A stretch of DNA of 32,000 nucleotides from assembly GCF_000023205.1 (NCBI RefSeq), contig NC_012803.1, forward strand, positions 330,001-362,000, written 5' to 3'. Source of the DNA: Micrococcus luteus NCTC 2665. Its GTDB lineage: Bacteria > Actinomycetota > Actinomycetes > Actinomycetales > Micrococcaceae. The notes beneath the pieces were generated by a model that had not been told where the DNA came from, searched no databases, and saw only the letters and a list, made by a program, of their open reading frames with translations. A program made the position numbers and the translations under genes. Of the stretch, positions 16,953 through 26,012 are shown in pieces (within the stretch, counting starts at the first letter, position 1; each line of letters opens with the position of its first letter).

Positions 16953-17492
16953 TCAGCGCCCCCATCCCACGTGGGCGAGGGCCTGGCGCACCAGGTCCCC
17001 GCGGCCACCGATGAACTCGGCCTGGATGTCCTCGCCGAGGGCCTCCTCGGGGGTGAGCCAGGTCAGCTCGAGCGCGTTCTGGCGCGGCTGGCACTCACCC
17101 GTCACCGGCACCACGTAGACCAGGGCCACGGCGTGCTGGCGGTCGTCCGTCAGCCCGGTCTCGGACGGCGCCGGGAAGTACTCGGCGACGGTGCAGGGGA
17201 CCACCGACGGCGGCAGCTGCGGGAACGCGAGCGGGCCGAGGTCCTTCTCCAGGTGGCGCATCAGCGCGGCGCGGATGGTCTCCCGGTACTGGACGCGGCC
17301 GGAGACGAACGACCGCTGGAACGTGCCGGTCTCGTCCGCCACGTAGAGCAGGCCGATCTCGGTGACGTAGCCGAGGGAGTCCAGCCGCACCGGGATGGCC
17401 TCCACGTACACCATGGGCAGCCGACGCCGGGCCTCGTAGAGGTCCTCGTCGGACAGCCAGCCCGGATTCGGGTCGGGGGTGCGCACGCTCAT
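16953..17492 (-). CDS. NUDIX-fold family protein with a degenerate Nudix box (DUF4916-like), 179 aa
   Basis: 'GRVQYRETIRAALMRHLEKDLG' fits G-x5-E-x7-R, but the REUxEE core reads RHLEKD. Confidence 0.7.
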   Translation of the reverse strand: MSVRTPDPNPGWLSDEDLYEARRRLPMVYVEAIPVRLDSLGYVTEIGLLYVADETGTFQRSFVSGRVQYRETIRAALMRHLEKDLGPLAFPQLPPSVVPCTVAEYFPAPSETGLTDDRQHAVALVYVVPVTGECQPRQNALELTWLTPEEALGEDIQAEFIGGRGDLVRQALAHVGWGR

Positions 17493-17548
17493 GGTTCTGT
17501 TCTACCGGAGTTCCGCGCCGGGGGCACACCGGGTCCCGCGTGTTCCGC

Positions 17549-18676
17549 TCACCACTTGGCGCGGAAGTACTGCCGGGCCATCGGCACCTGCTCCGAGGGG
17601 ACGTCGAGGGCGAGGGCGGCCGCGGTCGGCCAGTTCGGGTTCGCCAGGGCGGCGCGACCCACACAGACGGCGTCGGCGCGGTCCTCGTCCACCACGGCCG
17701 CGACCTCCTCGGCGCCGGTCAGCGAGCCGACGGCGGACACCACGATCCCCTCGGTGCCCTCCTTCACGGCGGTGGCCAGCGGCACCTGATAACCGGGGCC
17801 CTGGGGGCCCTCGTAGGTGTCCCCGATGCCCGCGGAGGACAGGTCGAACCAGTGCACCTGCCCCTGCAGCTCCTGCGCCAGGCGGACGGTCTCCTCGATG
17901 CTCCAGCCGCCCTCGACCCAGTCCGAGCCGGAGATGCGGATGCCGAGGACCTTGTCCGCGGGCCACACCTCGCGCACGGCCGCCACGACCTCCTTGAGGA
18001 AGCGGGTGCGGCCCTCGAAGTCCCCGCCGTACTCGTCGGTCCGGGTGTTGGTCAGCGGCGAGAGGAACTGGTGGATGAGGTAGCCGTGGGCGGCGTGCAG
18101 CTGCACGGCGCCGAAGCCGGCACGGTCGGCGCGCTCGGCGGCGTCGGCGAAGGCCTGGACGGTCTCCCGGATCTCGTCCACCCGCATCGCGTGGGTGCGG
18201 ATCTCCATGGAGTTGGTGGCCACGCCGGAGGGGGAGAGGGTCTCCCAGGAGTCGGGGCCCTCGAGGATCGGCTGCCCGGCGGGCGCGCCCGGGTGCATGG
18301 GGACGGTCGAGGCCTTGGCGCCGGCGTGGCCGAGCTGGATGGCGGGCAGGGCGCCCTGGGAGGCGATGAACGCGGCGATCGGCGCCCACGCGTCCCGCTG
18401 CTCGTCGTTCCACAGGCCGGTGTCCCACGCGGAGATGCGTCCCTCGGGTGTGACGGCGGTGGCCTCGGCCACCACGATCCCGAAGCCGCCGGCCGCGCGG
18501 GCGCCCAGGTGCTGGAAGTGCCAGCCGTGGGGGACGCCGTCGCGCGCCTCGCACGAGTACTGGCACATCGGCGGCAGGATCAGGCGGTTGCGCACGCGCA
18601 CGCCGTTGATCTCGAACGGTTCGAAGATCGCGGTCACGGCGGGGGCGTCGGTCTGCGGGGTGGCGGTCTGAGTCAT
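17549..18676 (-). CDS. NADH:flavin oxidoreductase / NADH oxidase (Old Yellow Enzyme family, YqjM/NamA-like)
   Basis: 'ILPPMCQY', 'HAAHGYLIHQFLSPLTN.RTDEYGG', 'GRAALANP'. ATG at 18676 is preceded by an AAGGTGG Shine-Dalgarno. The track ORF start at 18706 is less likely. Confidence 0.88.
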   Translation of the reverse strand: MTQTATPQTDAPAVTAIFEPFEINGVRVRNRLILPPMCQYSCEARDGVPHGWHFQHLGARAAGGFGIVVAEATAVTPEGRISAWDTGLWNDEQRDAWAPIAAFIASQGALPAIQLGHAGAKASTVPMHPGAPAGQPILEGPDSWETLSPSGVATNSMEIRTHAMRVDEIRETVQAFADAAERADRAGFGAVQLHAAHGYLIHQFLSPLTNTRTDEYGGDFEGRTRFLKEVVAAVREVWPADKVLGIRISGSDWVEGGWSIEETVRLAQELQGQVHWFDLSSAGIGDTYEGPQGPGYQVPLATAVKEGTEGIVVSAVGSLTGAEEVAAVVDEDRADAVCVGRAALANPNWPTAAALALDVPSEQVPMARQYFRAKW

Positions 18677-18801
18677 GCACCCCACCTTACGAGCGGGTCC
18701 GGACACGGGAGGGCTCGCGTCCGCCGCGGGCGGAAGGGCGGGCCGGCCCGTGCGACGAGAGAAGTCGTCACCGCTGCTGCGTCCACCCCTACCCTGGGCC
18801 C

Positions 18802-19125
18802 ATGCCCTCCTACCGCGCCCGCCTGCAGATCGGCGACCTCCTGCCCGGCCACCGGCCCGAAGAGGTCATGGACCTGGCCGAGGCCGCCGTCCAGGCCACG
18901 CACGTGCTCGCGGCCAAGGACCTCGAGGTCGTCGCGCGCGTCCCGCGGATCGTGCTGCGCTTCACGGTGCCCGGCTCGCACCGGGCCGGCGAGGACGCCG
19001 AGGCCGCCGAGGTGGCGCGGCGGATGGCGGAGGCGGTGTCCGGCGTCGCCGTGACGGGCCGGTTGGACGTGCTCCGGCGCGACGGCGGCCGGTGGGTCCC
19101 GGTGCCCGCTGGGCCCGGGCGCTGA
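18802..19125 (+). CDS. Small hypothetical protein (107 aa)
   Basis: Open frame with near-uniform G/C at third positions. Convergent with the gene ending at 19138. No family recognised. Confidence 0.5.
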   Translation: MPSYRARLQIGDLLPGHRPEEVMDLAEAAVQATHVLAAKDLEVVARVPRIVLRFTVPGSHRAGEDAEAAEVARRMAEAVSGVAVTGRLDVLRRDGGRWVPVPAGPGR

Positions 19126-19137
19126 ACGGGGCTGGGC

Positions 19138-21471
19138 TCAGGCGCCGGCCGGGAGCGGCCGGCGGGCGGCGTCGCGCTCGATCTGGCGGACCCAGGAGCG
19201 GCGCACGGCCGCGGCGGTGAGCAGCAGCAACGCCCCGAAGGCGGCCGCGAGACCCACCCACGCGCTCTGCTGTGCCCCGAGCGGGCTGGGCAGCAGGCGG
19301 GGCAGGGCGAGGCAGAGCAGGGTCCAGGCCATGCCCAGGGCCACACCCATGCGGCCGCGCCCACCGAGCACGAGGCGCAGGGCCGCCAGCAGCAGGGCCA
19401 CCAGCACCAGCAGGGCGAGCAGCTCAGTCGGGAACCAGTCGACGTGCACACCCCAGGCGTGGAGGGCGGCGCCCACCGCGGTGGGTGCGCCGGCGAGGAG
19501 GGTGCCCAGCAGCACGCCGAGCGCGCCGTCCTCGGCCACCCGTGCGAGGCGGCGGGCCGCCGGGCGGGCGCCGAGCCGCCGGACCACACGGAGCATGAGG
19601 ACCAGGGCGAGCAGCCACGGGACGACGTCGAAGCCCCCGGGGGCCAGGACGGCCAGGGGGAACCACAGCGTCAGCGCCAGCAGGGTCCCCGCGACCGCGC
19701 CCCGGATGCGGCGGTGCCGCGGCGACGCCCCCTGGCCCCGCCCCCACTGCCGGAGCACGTACATCCCGGTCAGCAGCCACAGCACCGGCCAGATCGCCGG
19801 GTGCAGCGGGGACAGCCCGAACACGCTCGCGCCGGGGCCGTGTCGGCCGTCGGCGGTGAGCGGGTACGCACCGGCGTCGAGCGCGCCGAGTCCCGGGACG
19901 CGCCCGGCCAGGCCGAGGCCCCACGCACTGGAGAGCACGAACAGCGCCCACACGAGTGTCAGCAGCGCCTGGCCGAGCCGGTCCGCGCGGGTCGGTGAGC
20001 CGGCCGGCTCCTCGGGCGGGGCGGGGGTGTAGCCGGGGATCAGGGGAAGGGCGCCCGTGACCGGCCCCGCCGAGGAGTGGGCGATGGCCTCGGCCCGGAC
20101 GGCCTGCGCCTTCGTGGACAGTCGCTGCCGCCGCCGCCACTCGGGCAGGGCCACCCGGGCCCGGGCGAACAGCTCCTCGTCGGTGAGCCGCTCCTCCGGG
20201 TCGGACAGCAGCGGCCGGTCGGCGGCGGCCGGGAAGACCTCGGGGCCCTCGAGCTCGCGCGCGGCCCGGGCGAGCGCGCGGGACTCCCGCTCCTCGTGCT
20301 CGCGACGGCGGCGGGCGGCGTCCTCCGCCGCACGGCGCTCGGCCTCCCGGGCGCGGTCCTCGAGGAGCCGGGCCTGGGCGAGGGCGCGTTCGGCGTGCAG
20401 CACGGTGTGGGCGCGGACGCGTGCGGCCTGGCGACGACGTCGCTCGGCCTCGCGGCGGGCGGCCTCCTCCGCCTCGCGACGGCGCCGCTCGGCCTCCTCG
20501 GCCCGACGGCGCCGCTCGGCCTCGACGCGTTCGGCCTCGAGGCGACGGCGTTCGGCCTCGGCCGCCTGCCGACGGCGCTCCGCCTCCGCCTCCGCCTCGA
20601 GCCGGAACCGCTCCCGCTCGGCGAGCGCGGCCTCCTCGCGGGCCCTCCGCTCCGCCTGCACGCGGGCGCGCTCGGCGGCGACCTCCGCCTCCCGGCGGCG
20701 CCGTTCCTCCTGCTCCTGGCGGCGGGCGTCCGCCTCGGCGGCGGCACGGGCCTTCTCCTCGGCCGCCACCCGACGGCGCCGCTCGGCTTCACGCCGACGG
20801 CGCTGCTTCTCCTCCTCGCGGCGGCGGCGGGCCACCCGCGCGGCCTGGGCCCGGCGGGCCTCCTCGTCGAGGCGGGCCTGGAGGGCGGCGGCGTCGCGAG
20901 CCCGGGCGGCGTCGCGGGCCTGTGCGGCGGCGGCCTCGGCGGCGACCCGCTCATGCTCGGCGGCCCGGCGACGGGCGGCCTCGGCGGCGCGCTCCCGGCC
21001 GGCTCGCAGGCGGGCCCGCCGGCGCTCCTCGGCCGCGGTGCGGCGGCGTGCGGCCTCCGCGGCCTTCGCCGGGTCCCGCCCCGGGGCGGGGAGGATGCGC
21101 TCGACCGTGCCGACGAGCGGATCGGCGAAACGGGCGAGGTCCGGGCTGCCGAGGCGGTCCAGGATCTCGCTGAGGTCGCGGCGTGGACGCTGCTCGGCGG
21201 GGGCGCCCGGGGTGCGCAGGCGGTCCATGGCGCGGTGCACGTCCGCGCGGCGGTCCTCGCGCACGCGGCGCTCGGCGGCGGTCTCGGGTCGGCCCGAGCG
21301 CAGGGCGCGCTCGTGACGGCGCAGATCGCGGCGGGAGATCTCCCCGGGCGCGGCCAGGGCGCGGCGGGGGCGCGCGGCGGGGGCACGCGTCGCGTCGTCG
21401 TCGGGACGGGGCGCCGAGGCGTCCCGGAGGCGCTCGAGGGCGGCGCGGGACTCGGAGGACGCGTCCTGCAT
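19138..21471 (-). CDS. Membrane protein (777 aa) with a very long E/R/A-rich charged helical region and a multi-pass C-terminal membrane domain
   Basis: ATG at 21471 lies 2 nt after the dedA stop. Residues about 135-408 are almost only A/E/R. Residues about 500-770 contain several hydrophobic helices (for example 'LGQALLTLVWALFVLSSAWGLGLA' and 'LLALLVLVALLLAALRLVL'). The upstream part of track ORF 19138..22035 is a shadow of dedA. Confidence 0.7.
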   Translation of the reverse strand: MQDASSESRAALERLRDASAPRPDDDATRAPAARPRRALAAPGEISRRDLRRHERALRSGRPETAAERRVREDRRADVHRAMDRLRTPGAPAEQRPRRDLSEILDRLGSPDLARFADPLVGTVERILPAPGRDPAKAAEAARRRTAAEERRRARLRAGRERAAEAARRRAAEHERVAAEAAAAQARDAARARDAAALQARLDEEARRAQAARVARRRREEEKQRRRREAERRRRVAAEEKARAAAEADARRQEQEERRRREAEVAAERARVQAERRAREEAALAERERFRLEAEAEAERRRQAAEAERRRLEAERVEAERRRRAEEAERRRREAEEAARREAERRRRQAARVRAHTVLHAERALAQARLLEDRAREAERRAAEDAARRRREHEERESRALARAARELEGPEVFPAAADRPLLSDPEERLTDEELFARARVALPEWRRRQRLSTKAQAVRAEAIAHSSAGPVTGALPLIPGYTPAPPEEPAGSPTRADRLGQALLTLVWALFVLSSAWGLGLAGRVPGLGALDAGAYPLTADGRHGPGASVFGLSPLHPAIWPVLWLLTGMYVLRQWGRGQGASPRHRRIRGAVAGTLLALTLWFPLAVLAPGGFDVVPWLLALVLMLRVVRRLGARPAARRLARVAEDGALGVLLGTLLAGAPTAVGAALHAWGVHVDWFPTELLALLVLVALLLAALRLVLGGRGRMGVALGMAWTLLCLALPRLLPSPLGAQQSAWVGLAAAFGALLLLTAAAVRRSWVRQIERDAARRPLPAGA

Positions 21472-21473
21472 GC

Positions 21474-22079
21474 TCACCCCTTCCGGCCCCGGCGACGGTG
21501 GGCCATGATCCCCGCGATCATCAACCCTGCAAGGGTACCGAACACCATGCCGACCATCGCGGACGCCCACCACGGCAGGCCGGTGGCCCGGCCGGTGATC
21601 CAGCCGAGCCCCACCATGGACCCGGACCACGCGAGCGAGCCCGCCCCGGACAGCCACAGGAACACGGGCCAGCGGATCCCGCCGATCCCGGCCGCCGCCA
21701 TCGACGCCGTCCGTCCGCCCGAGACGAACCGCAGCACGGACAGCCCCGCCAGGCTGCCCGCCGGGCCCACCCTCACCAGCAGGGTTCGGATCCCCCGGTG
21801 GATCCGCCGCCACCACGCCCAGCGGTCCAGGCGGTCGGCGAGGCCGTGGCGGAACAGCGCGTAGAGGCCGACGTCCCCGGCCCAGCAGCCCAGCCACGCC
21901 GCCAGCACTGCGGCCACGGGGGAGACCCGACCCTCCGCCGCGAGCGCCCCCGAGCCGATGACCACCACCTCCGACGGGACGGGCGGGATCGGGGCGTCCA
22001 GGGCCACGAGCAGCGCGGTGAGCGGGTGGAACCACGCTCCGAGCGCGTCCAGCAGGCTGGCCGGGTCCCCGCCCGTCAC
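21474..22079 (-). CDS. DedA/VTT-domain family membrane protein (201 aa, GTG start)
   Basis: The hydrophobic profile and 'IPPVPSEVVVIGSGALAAEG ... GCWAGDVGLYALFRHG' are typical of DedA. The GTG start overlaps the rluA-family stop (GTGA). Confidence 0.7.
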   Translation of the reverse strand: MTGGDPASLLDALGAWFHPLTALLVALDAPIPPVPSEVVVIGSGALAAEGRVSPVAAVLAAWLGCWAGDVGLYALFRHGLADRLDRWAWWRRIHRGIRTLLVRVGPAGSLAGLSVLRFVSGGRTASMAAAGIGGIRWPVFLWLSGAGSLAWSGSMVGLGWITGRATGLPWWASAMVGMVFGTLAGLMIAGIMAHRRRGRKG

Positions 22080-23122
22080 CGCGGTCGCTCCTGCAGCTGG
22101 GCGGGGGAGGTGAACTCCCGCTCCTCGCCCGTCACCGGGTCCGTGAAGCGCAGCGACCGGGAGAGCAGCTGCAGGGGCTGTGTGACGTCGTCCGGGGCGA
22201 GGTCGAGCAGGTCCGGGTAGAACGGGTCGAACGCGATGCCCAGGCCCAGGGCGGCCAGGTGGATGCGCAGCTGGTGGGTGCGGCCCGTGCGCGGGGTGAG
22301 TCGCAGGTGCGCCACGCGCCGCCCCGCCAGCGTCCCGGCGGAGACGCCGACGCCCAGCAGCTCCACCCGGGACTCCGCGTTCGCCCCGGCGTGGGGCCGA
22401 TTCGACCGCCGGGTCCGCACCGGCGCGCCCGCCCGGCGTCCCGAGGCGGCCGGCGGGATCTCCTCCACCACGGAGCGCAGGACCCCCTTGTCCTTGCGGA
22501 TCCGGCTGCGCACGGTCAGCGGGAACCGCCCCAGGACGGGGTCGGCCGGGGTGCCGGGGCCGCGGGCGCCGTCGTCGGGGGCGTCCGGCAGGAGCGCCAC
22601 GGCCTCGTAGGTCTTGGCCACGGCACGCCGCTCGAAGAGCAGGTGGTAGGCGCCGCGGGTGGCCGGGTTCGCGGAGAACATCACGACGCCGGCCGTCGCC
22701 CGGTCGAGCCGGTGCAGGGGCACGAGGTCATCGAGGCCGAGCTCGTTGCGCAGCTGCACCAGCGCGGTCTCCTGGACGAAGCGGCCGCCCGGGGTGGTGG
22801 ACAGGAAGTGCGGCTTGTGGATGACCACGAGGTGCTCGTCGCGGTGCAGGAGCGTGTGCGTCACGGGCAGCGGGGCCTCGTCGGGCACGTCCCGGTAGTA
22901 CCAGAGGTCGTCGTGCACGCCGAGCGGCGTCGCCGGCGTCAGTGCGGTGCCGTCCGCCGCCACGACCTCGCCGCGGGCGAAGCGCGCGCGGATGCCGTCC
23001 GGGTCCACGTGACCGAACCGGTGGAGCACGTAGTCCTGCGCGGTGGGCCAGCCGGAGGCGGGCAGGCGCAGGCGCGTGGCGTTGACGCCGTTGCGCGGGG
23101 GGAGGGGAGAGGGGACGGCCAC
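22076..23122 (-). CDS. RluA-family pseudouridine synthase (348 aa)
   Basis: 'VVIHKPHFLSTTPGG', catalytic 'HRLDRATAGVVMF', and 'GRTHQLRIHLAALG'. GTG start with a GGGAGGA Shine-Dalgarno. Confidence 0.85.
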   Translation of the reverse strand: MAVPSPLPPRNGVNATRLRLPASGWPTAQDYVLHRFGHVDPDGIRARFARGEVVAADGTALTPATPLGVHDDLWYYRDVPDEAPLPVTHTLLHRDEHLVVIHKPHFLSTTPGGRFVQETALVQLRNELGLDDLVPLHRLDRATAGVVMFSANPATRGAYHLLFERRAVAKTYEAVALLPDAPDDGARGPGTPADPVLGRFPLTVRSRIRKDKGVLRSVVEEIPPAASGRRAGAPVRTRRSNRPHAGANAESRVELLGVGVSAGTLAGRRVAHLRLTPRTGRTHQLRIHLAALGLGIAFDPFYPDLLDLAPDDVTQPLQLLSRSLRFTDPVTGEEREFTSPAQLQERPR

Positions 23123-23168
23123 GGGTCCATCCTCCCAGCCCGGCGCGGCTGCGTCCGACCGGCGCCGT

Positions 23169-24419
23169 TCAGTCCGACCGGCCGGGCCGGCCGGAGCCGG
23201 TGGTCTCGTCCTCGGCCGGGCCTCGGCCCTGCGGGGTGAGCACCACGACCTCCTCGGCCGGCGCGGCGCGCCCCGTCACCTCGTGCGCCGGGACCGCCCC
23301 GCCGACGTCGACCACCACGGTGTCCAGCACCGCGCCCGCGGGGACCTCGCAGTCGCCGAGCAGGAGGCTGCCGCGCACCGTGGCGCCGGCCGCCACGACC
23401 ACCCCGGGGCCGACCACGCTGTCCGACACCTCGCCCTCGATCCGGCAGCCCGGGTTGAGCAGCGAGCCGGAGACGCGGGCGTCCGGGGCCACCCACGCCG
23501 GTGGCGCCTGGTGGGGGTTGGTGATCAGCGGCCAGCCTTCGGCGGCGACGTCCAGGCCGGTGCCCTCGAGGATCTCCCGGTGGGCGCGGACGTACGCGTC
23601 CAGGGTGCCGATGTCCCGCCAGTACCCCACGAGGCGGTGCTCCCGCACGCGCCCCCGCGCCACGAACGCCGGGATGATGCTCTCCCCGTAGTCGCCGAGG
23701 GAGGAGCCCACGGGGTCGCCGTCCTCATCGGTCTCGCCCTCGTCCTTGGTGGCCGTCTCGTCCTCGCCCGCCACGAGGTCGCCGACCACCCCGGAGAGCG
23801 CGGCGACGTCGAACACGAACACCTCGGTGGCCACGAGCGTGCCCGCCGGGTCCTCCGGCTTGTAGGCGTAGTCGGTCACCGCGCCGTCGTCGTCCACCTG
23901 CACGACGCCGAAGCGCGAGGGGTCCTCGTCCGTCTCGGTGGTGACCACGGTGAGCTCGGCGCCGGAGCGGGCGTGCTCGGCCAGCACGGGGCGCAGGTCC
24001 AGCTGGTACAGGTGGTCGGCGGAGAGCACCACGACGGTCTCGGCGCCGAACTGCTCCAGCAGCGGCAGCTGCTGGGCGATCGCGTGCCCGTTGCCGCGGG
24101 CGAAGCCCTCCTCGGCGCGGCCCTGCGCGGGGGGCAGGAGCCGCAGGCCGTGGCGGGTGCCGTCGAGATCCCACGGCCGGCCGCCAGCCAGGTGCTGGTT
24201 GAGCGTGAAGGGGCGGTACTGCTCCACGACCCACACGTCCCGCAGGCGCGAGTGGGCCAGGTTGGACAGGACGACGTCGATCAGCCGGTACTGGCCCGCC
24301 AGCGGCACCATCGGCTTGGCGCGGGCCGCGGTGAGCGGCATGAGGCGGCCGCCGGTGCCACCGGCCAGCACGAGCGCGACGACGGCGCCCTCCGGGTCCT
24401 TCGGGAACGGGTCGGCCAT
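23169..24419 (-). CDS. glucose-1-phosphate adenylyltransferase (GlgC) family sugar-phosphate nucleotidyltransferase (416 aa)
   Basis: 'VLAGGTGGRLMPLTAARAKPMVPLAGQYRLIDVVLSNLAHS', 'VVEQYRPFTLNQHL', and a C-terminal left-handed beta-helix-like repeats. Strong GAGGAGGAG Shine-Dalgarno. It is diverged from canonical GlgC, so I give no gene symbol. Confidence 0.75.
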   Translation of the reverse strand: MADPFPKDPEGAVVALVLAGGTGGRLMPLTAARAKPMVPLAGQYRLIDVVLSNLAHSRLRDVWVVEQYRPFTLNQHLAGGRPWDLDGTRHGLRLLPPAQGRAEEGFARGNGHAIAQQLPLLEQFGAETVVVLSADHLYQLDLRPVLAEHARSGAELTVVTTETDEDPSRFGVVQVDDDGAVTDYAYKPEDPAGTLVATEVFVFDVAALSGVVGDLVAGEDETATKDEGETDEDGDPVGSSLGDYGESIIPAFVARGRVREHRLVGYWRDIGTLDAYVRAHREILEGTGLDVAAEGWPLITNPHQAPPAWVAPDARVSGSLLNPGCRIEGEVSDSVVGPGVVVAAGATVRGSLLLGDCEVPAGAVLDTVVVDVGGAVPAHEVTGRAAPAEEVVVLTPQGRGPAEDETTGSGRPGRSD

Positions 24420-24495
24420 GACTCCTCCTCGGGTCGGGGCGGGTTCAGCGTAGGGAGCGGGGACGACACGTGGCCACCGTTCGGGTGCGTCCGGC

Positions 24496-25437
24496 TCAGC
24501 CCTGGCAGTGCGGGCACCACCACAGCCGCCGCGCGTCGTCCTCGGCGGAGCCGTAGTCCTCCTGGCGGACGGGGCCGCGGCAGCGCAGGCACGGGGCGCG
24601 GTCGTGCCCGTAGACCCAGTACGACGGCGTCCCCCCGCCGCGCGCGCCGGGCGTCCGGCCGGGCGTCGTGCCGGGTGGCGGACCGGCCGGGACCAGCACC
24701 TCGACCCCGAAGGGTCGCCCCGGGTTGGGACGCACGCCCGTGGTCCGGCGCCGTGCGCCCGCGGCGGGGGCGGCGGGCGGGACGTTGGCGCGCAGCAGGT
24801 CCCGGGCGAGCAGCACGAGTCCGGCGACGTCCTCGACCTCCCCGACCGGCCGGTGCGGGTCGATGCCGGCCAGCAGGAGGGTCTCGCAGCGGTAGATGTT
24901 GCCGATCCCGGAGACGAGCCGCTGGTCGAGCAGGGCCAGGCCGACCGGCCGCTCGGGCCGGGCCGTGAGCCGCCGCACGCCCTCGGCGAGCAGCGCGGCG
25001 CCGTCGTCGGGGGTGTCCCAGGCCGGGTCGAGCAGGTCGGGGCCGAGGTGGCCGAGGACGGTGGCCTCGTCGGCGGTGGGCACGAGGGTGAGCAGGCCCA
25101 GCTGGGCGCCGAGCACGCGGTGCCCCGCCGTCTCCAGCACCGCCCGCACCTGCCAGGCGGGGGCGCCCCACCGCGCGTCGACGGCCGAGACGAGCCAGCG
25201 CCCCTCCATCTTCAGGTGCGAGATCAGGGTGAGCGGCCGGGCCCCGGGGCGGGCCGTGGGCGGGGTCAGCCGCATCAGCAGGTACTTGGCGCGCGGCAGG
25301 ACCTCGGCCACCGTCCAGCCGGTCAGGTCCGCGGTGGCGTGGCGGGGCACGCGCAGATCCGCGTGCGTCAGGACCCGGCCCTCGAGCACGGGGCGGAGCC
25401 GGTGCGCGACGCGGACGAGGGAGTCGCCTTCAGGCAC
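24496..25437 (-). CDS. nei: Fpg/Nei-family DNA glycosylase (endonuclease VIII, Nei2-like), 313 aa
   Basis: N-terminal (M)PEGDS with catalytic Pro2/Glu3. H2TH 'SGIGNIYRCETLLLAGIDP'. C-terminal zinc finger 'CLRC...CPHC'. GTG start. Confidence 0.85.
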   Translation of the reverse strand: MPEGDSLVRVAHRLRPVLEGRVLTHADLRVPRHATADLTGWTVAEVLPRAKYLLMRLTPPTARPGARPLTLISHLKMEGRWLVSAVDARWGAPAWQVRAVLETAGHRVLGAQLGLLTLVPTADEATVLGHLGPDLLDPAWDTPDDGAALLAEGVRRLTARPERPVGLALLDQRLVSGIGNIYRCETLLLAGIDPHRPVGEVEDVAGLVLLARDLLRANVPPAAPAAGARRRTTGVRPNPGRPFGVEVLVPAGPPPGTTPGRTPGARGGGTPSYWVYGHDRAPCLRCRGPVRQEDYGSAEDDARRLWWCPHCQG

Positions 25438-25451
25438 GGGCCGTCACCGGC

Positions 25452-25964
25452 TCAGGCCGCGTTGAGCTGCCAGGTCACGCCGAAGCGGTCCCCGACCCAC
25501 GCGAAGCGGCGCGAGAAGCCGTAGTCGTCGGGCGGCATGTAGTCACGGCCACCGCCGGCGAGGAGCGTGTCGTGGATGGCGTCCACCGCGGTGGCGTCCG
25601 GCAGCTCGACGAACAGGCTGATGGCCGGGGTGAACGTGAACCCGTGCGGGGTGAAGGAGTCGAAGAACCGCAACCGCTGGCCGGCGATCTCGAGCTCGCC
25701 GTGCAGGACCTTGCCCGCCCATTCGGCGCCGCGCGGGGAGGAGTCGTCGAAGAGGTCGCGGCGGACCTCGGTGACGGGCAGGTGCTCCACGAACGCGGTG
25801 AGGTAGGCGTCCATGGCCGCACCGGCGTCGCCCTCGAACATGAGGAACGGGGTGACGGAGGGGTCCGAGGGGTGCGGCAGGGCGTCCTCGAGGGCCTCGG
25901 GGGCGGGGGACGTGCCCGTGGGGGCGGTGCCCACGTCCTCGGGCGGGGCGGCGTCGATGCTCAT
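25452..25964 (-). CDS. VOC-family (glyoxalase fold; PhnB / 3-demethylubiquinone methyltransferase-like domain) protein, 170 aa
   Basis: 'VTPFLMFEGDAGAAMDAYLTAF ... HGELEIAGQRLRFFDS ... FAWVGDRFGVTWQLN' is typical of this family. Confidence 0.75.
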   Translation of the reverse strand: MSIDAAPPEDVGTAPTGTSPAPEALEDALPHPSDPSVTPFLMFEGDAGAAMDAYLTAFVEHLPVTEVRRDLFDDSSPRGAEWAGKVLHGELEIAGQRLRFFDSFTPHGFTFTPAISLFVELPDATAVDAIHDTLLAGGGRDYMPPDDYGFSRRFAWVGDRFGVTWQLNAA

Positions 25965-26012
25965 GGGCCGAACCTACCCCCGGGACCCGCCTCCGCGACA
26001 GGGCCGCCCCGG

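Noticed and set aside
16948-16955. Identical TGAGCATG stop/start junction at two unrelated gene pairs (16948-16955 and 21469-21476)
   Set aside because: This is an 8-nt coincidence made of a stop codon, two bases and a start codon. The flanking sequence is not similar, so there is no evidence of duplication or a shared element.
20040-21864. Stack of long ORFs in several frames over the E/R/A-rich region, and the quasi-repetitive DNA there as a possible CRISPR array or tandem repeat
   Set aside because: The open frames result from a stop-poor GCC/GCG/CGG-rich repeat-like coding sequence. There are no constant-length direct repeats with unique spacers, so it is not a CRISPR array. Only the minus frame that gives the AER helix joined to the TM domain is coherent.
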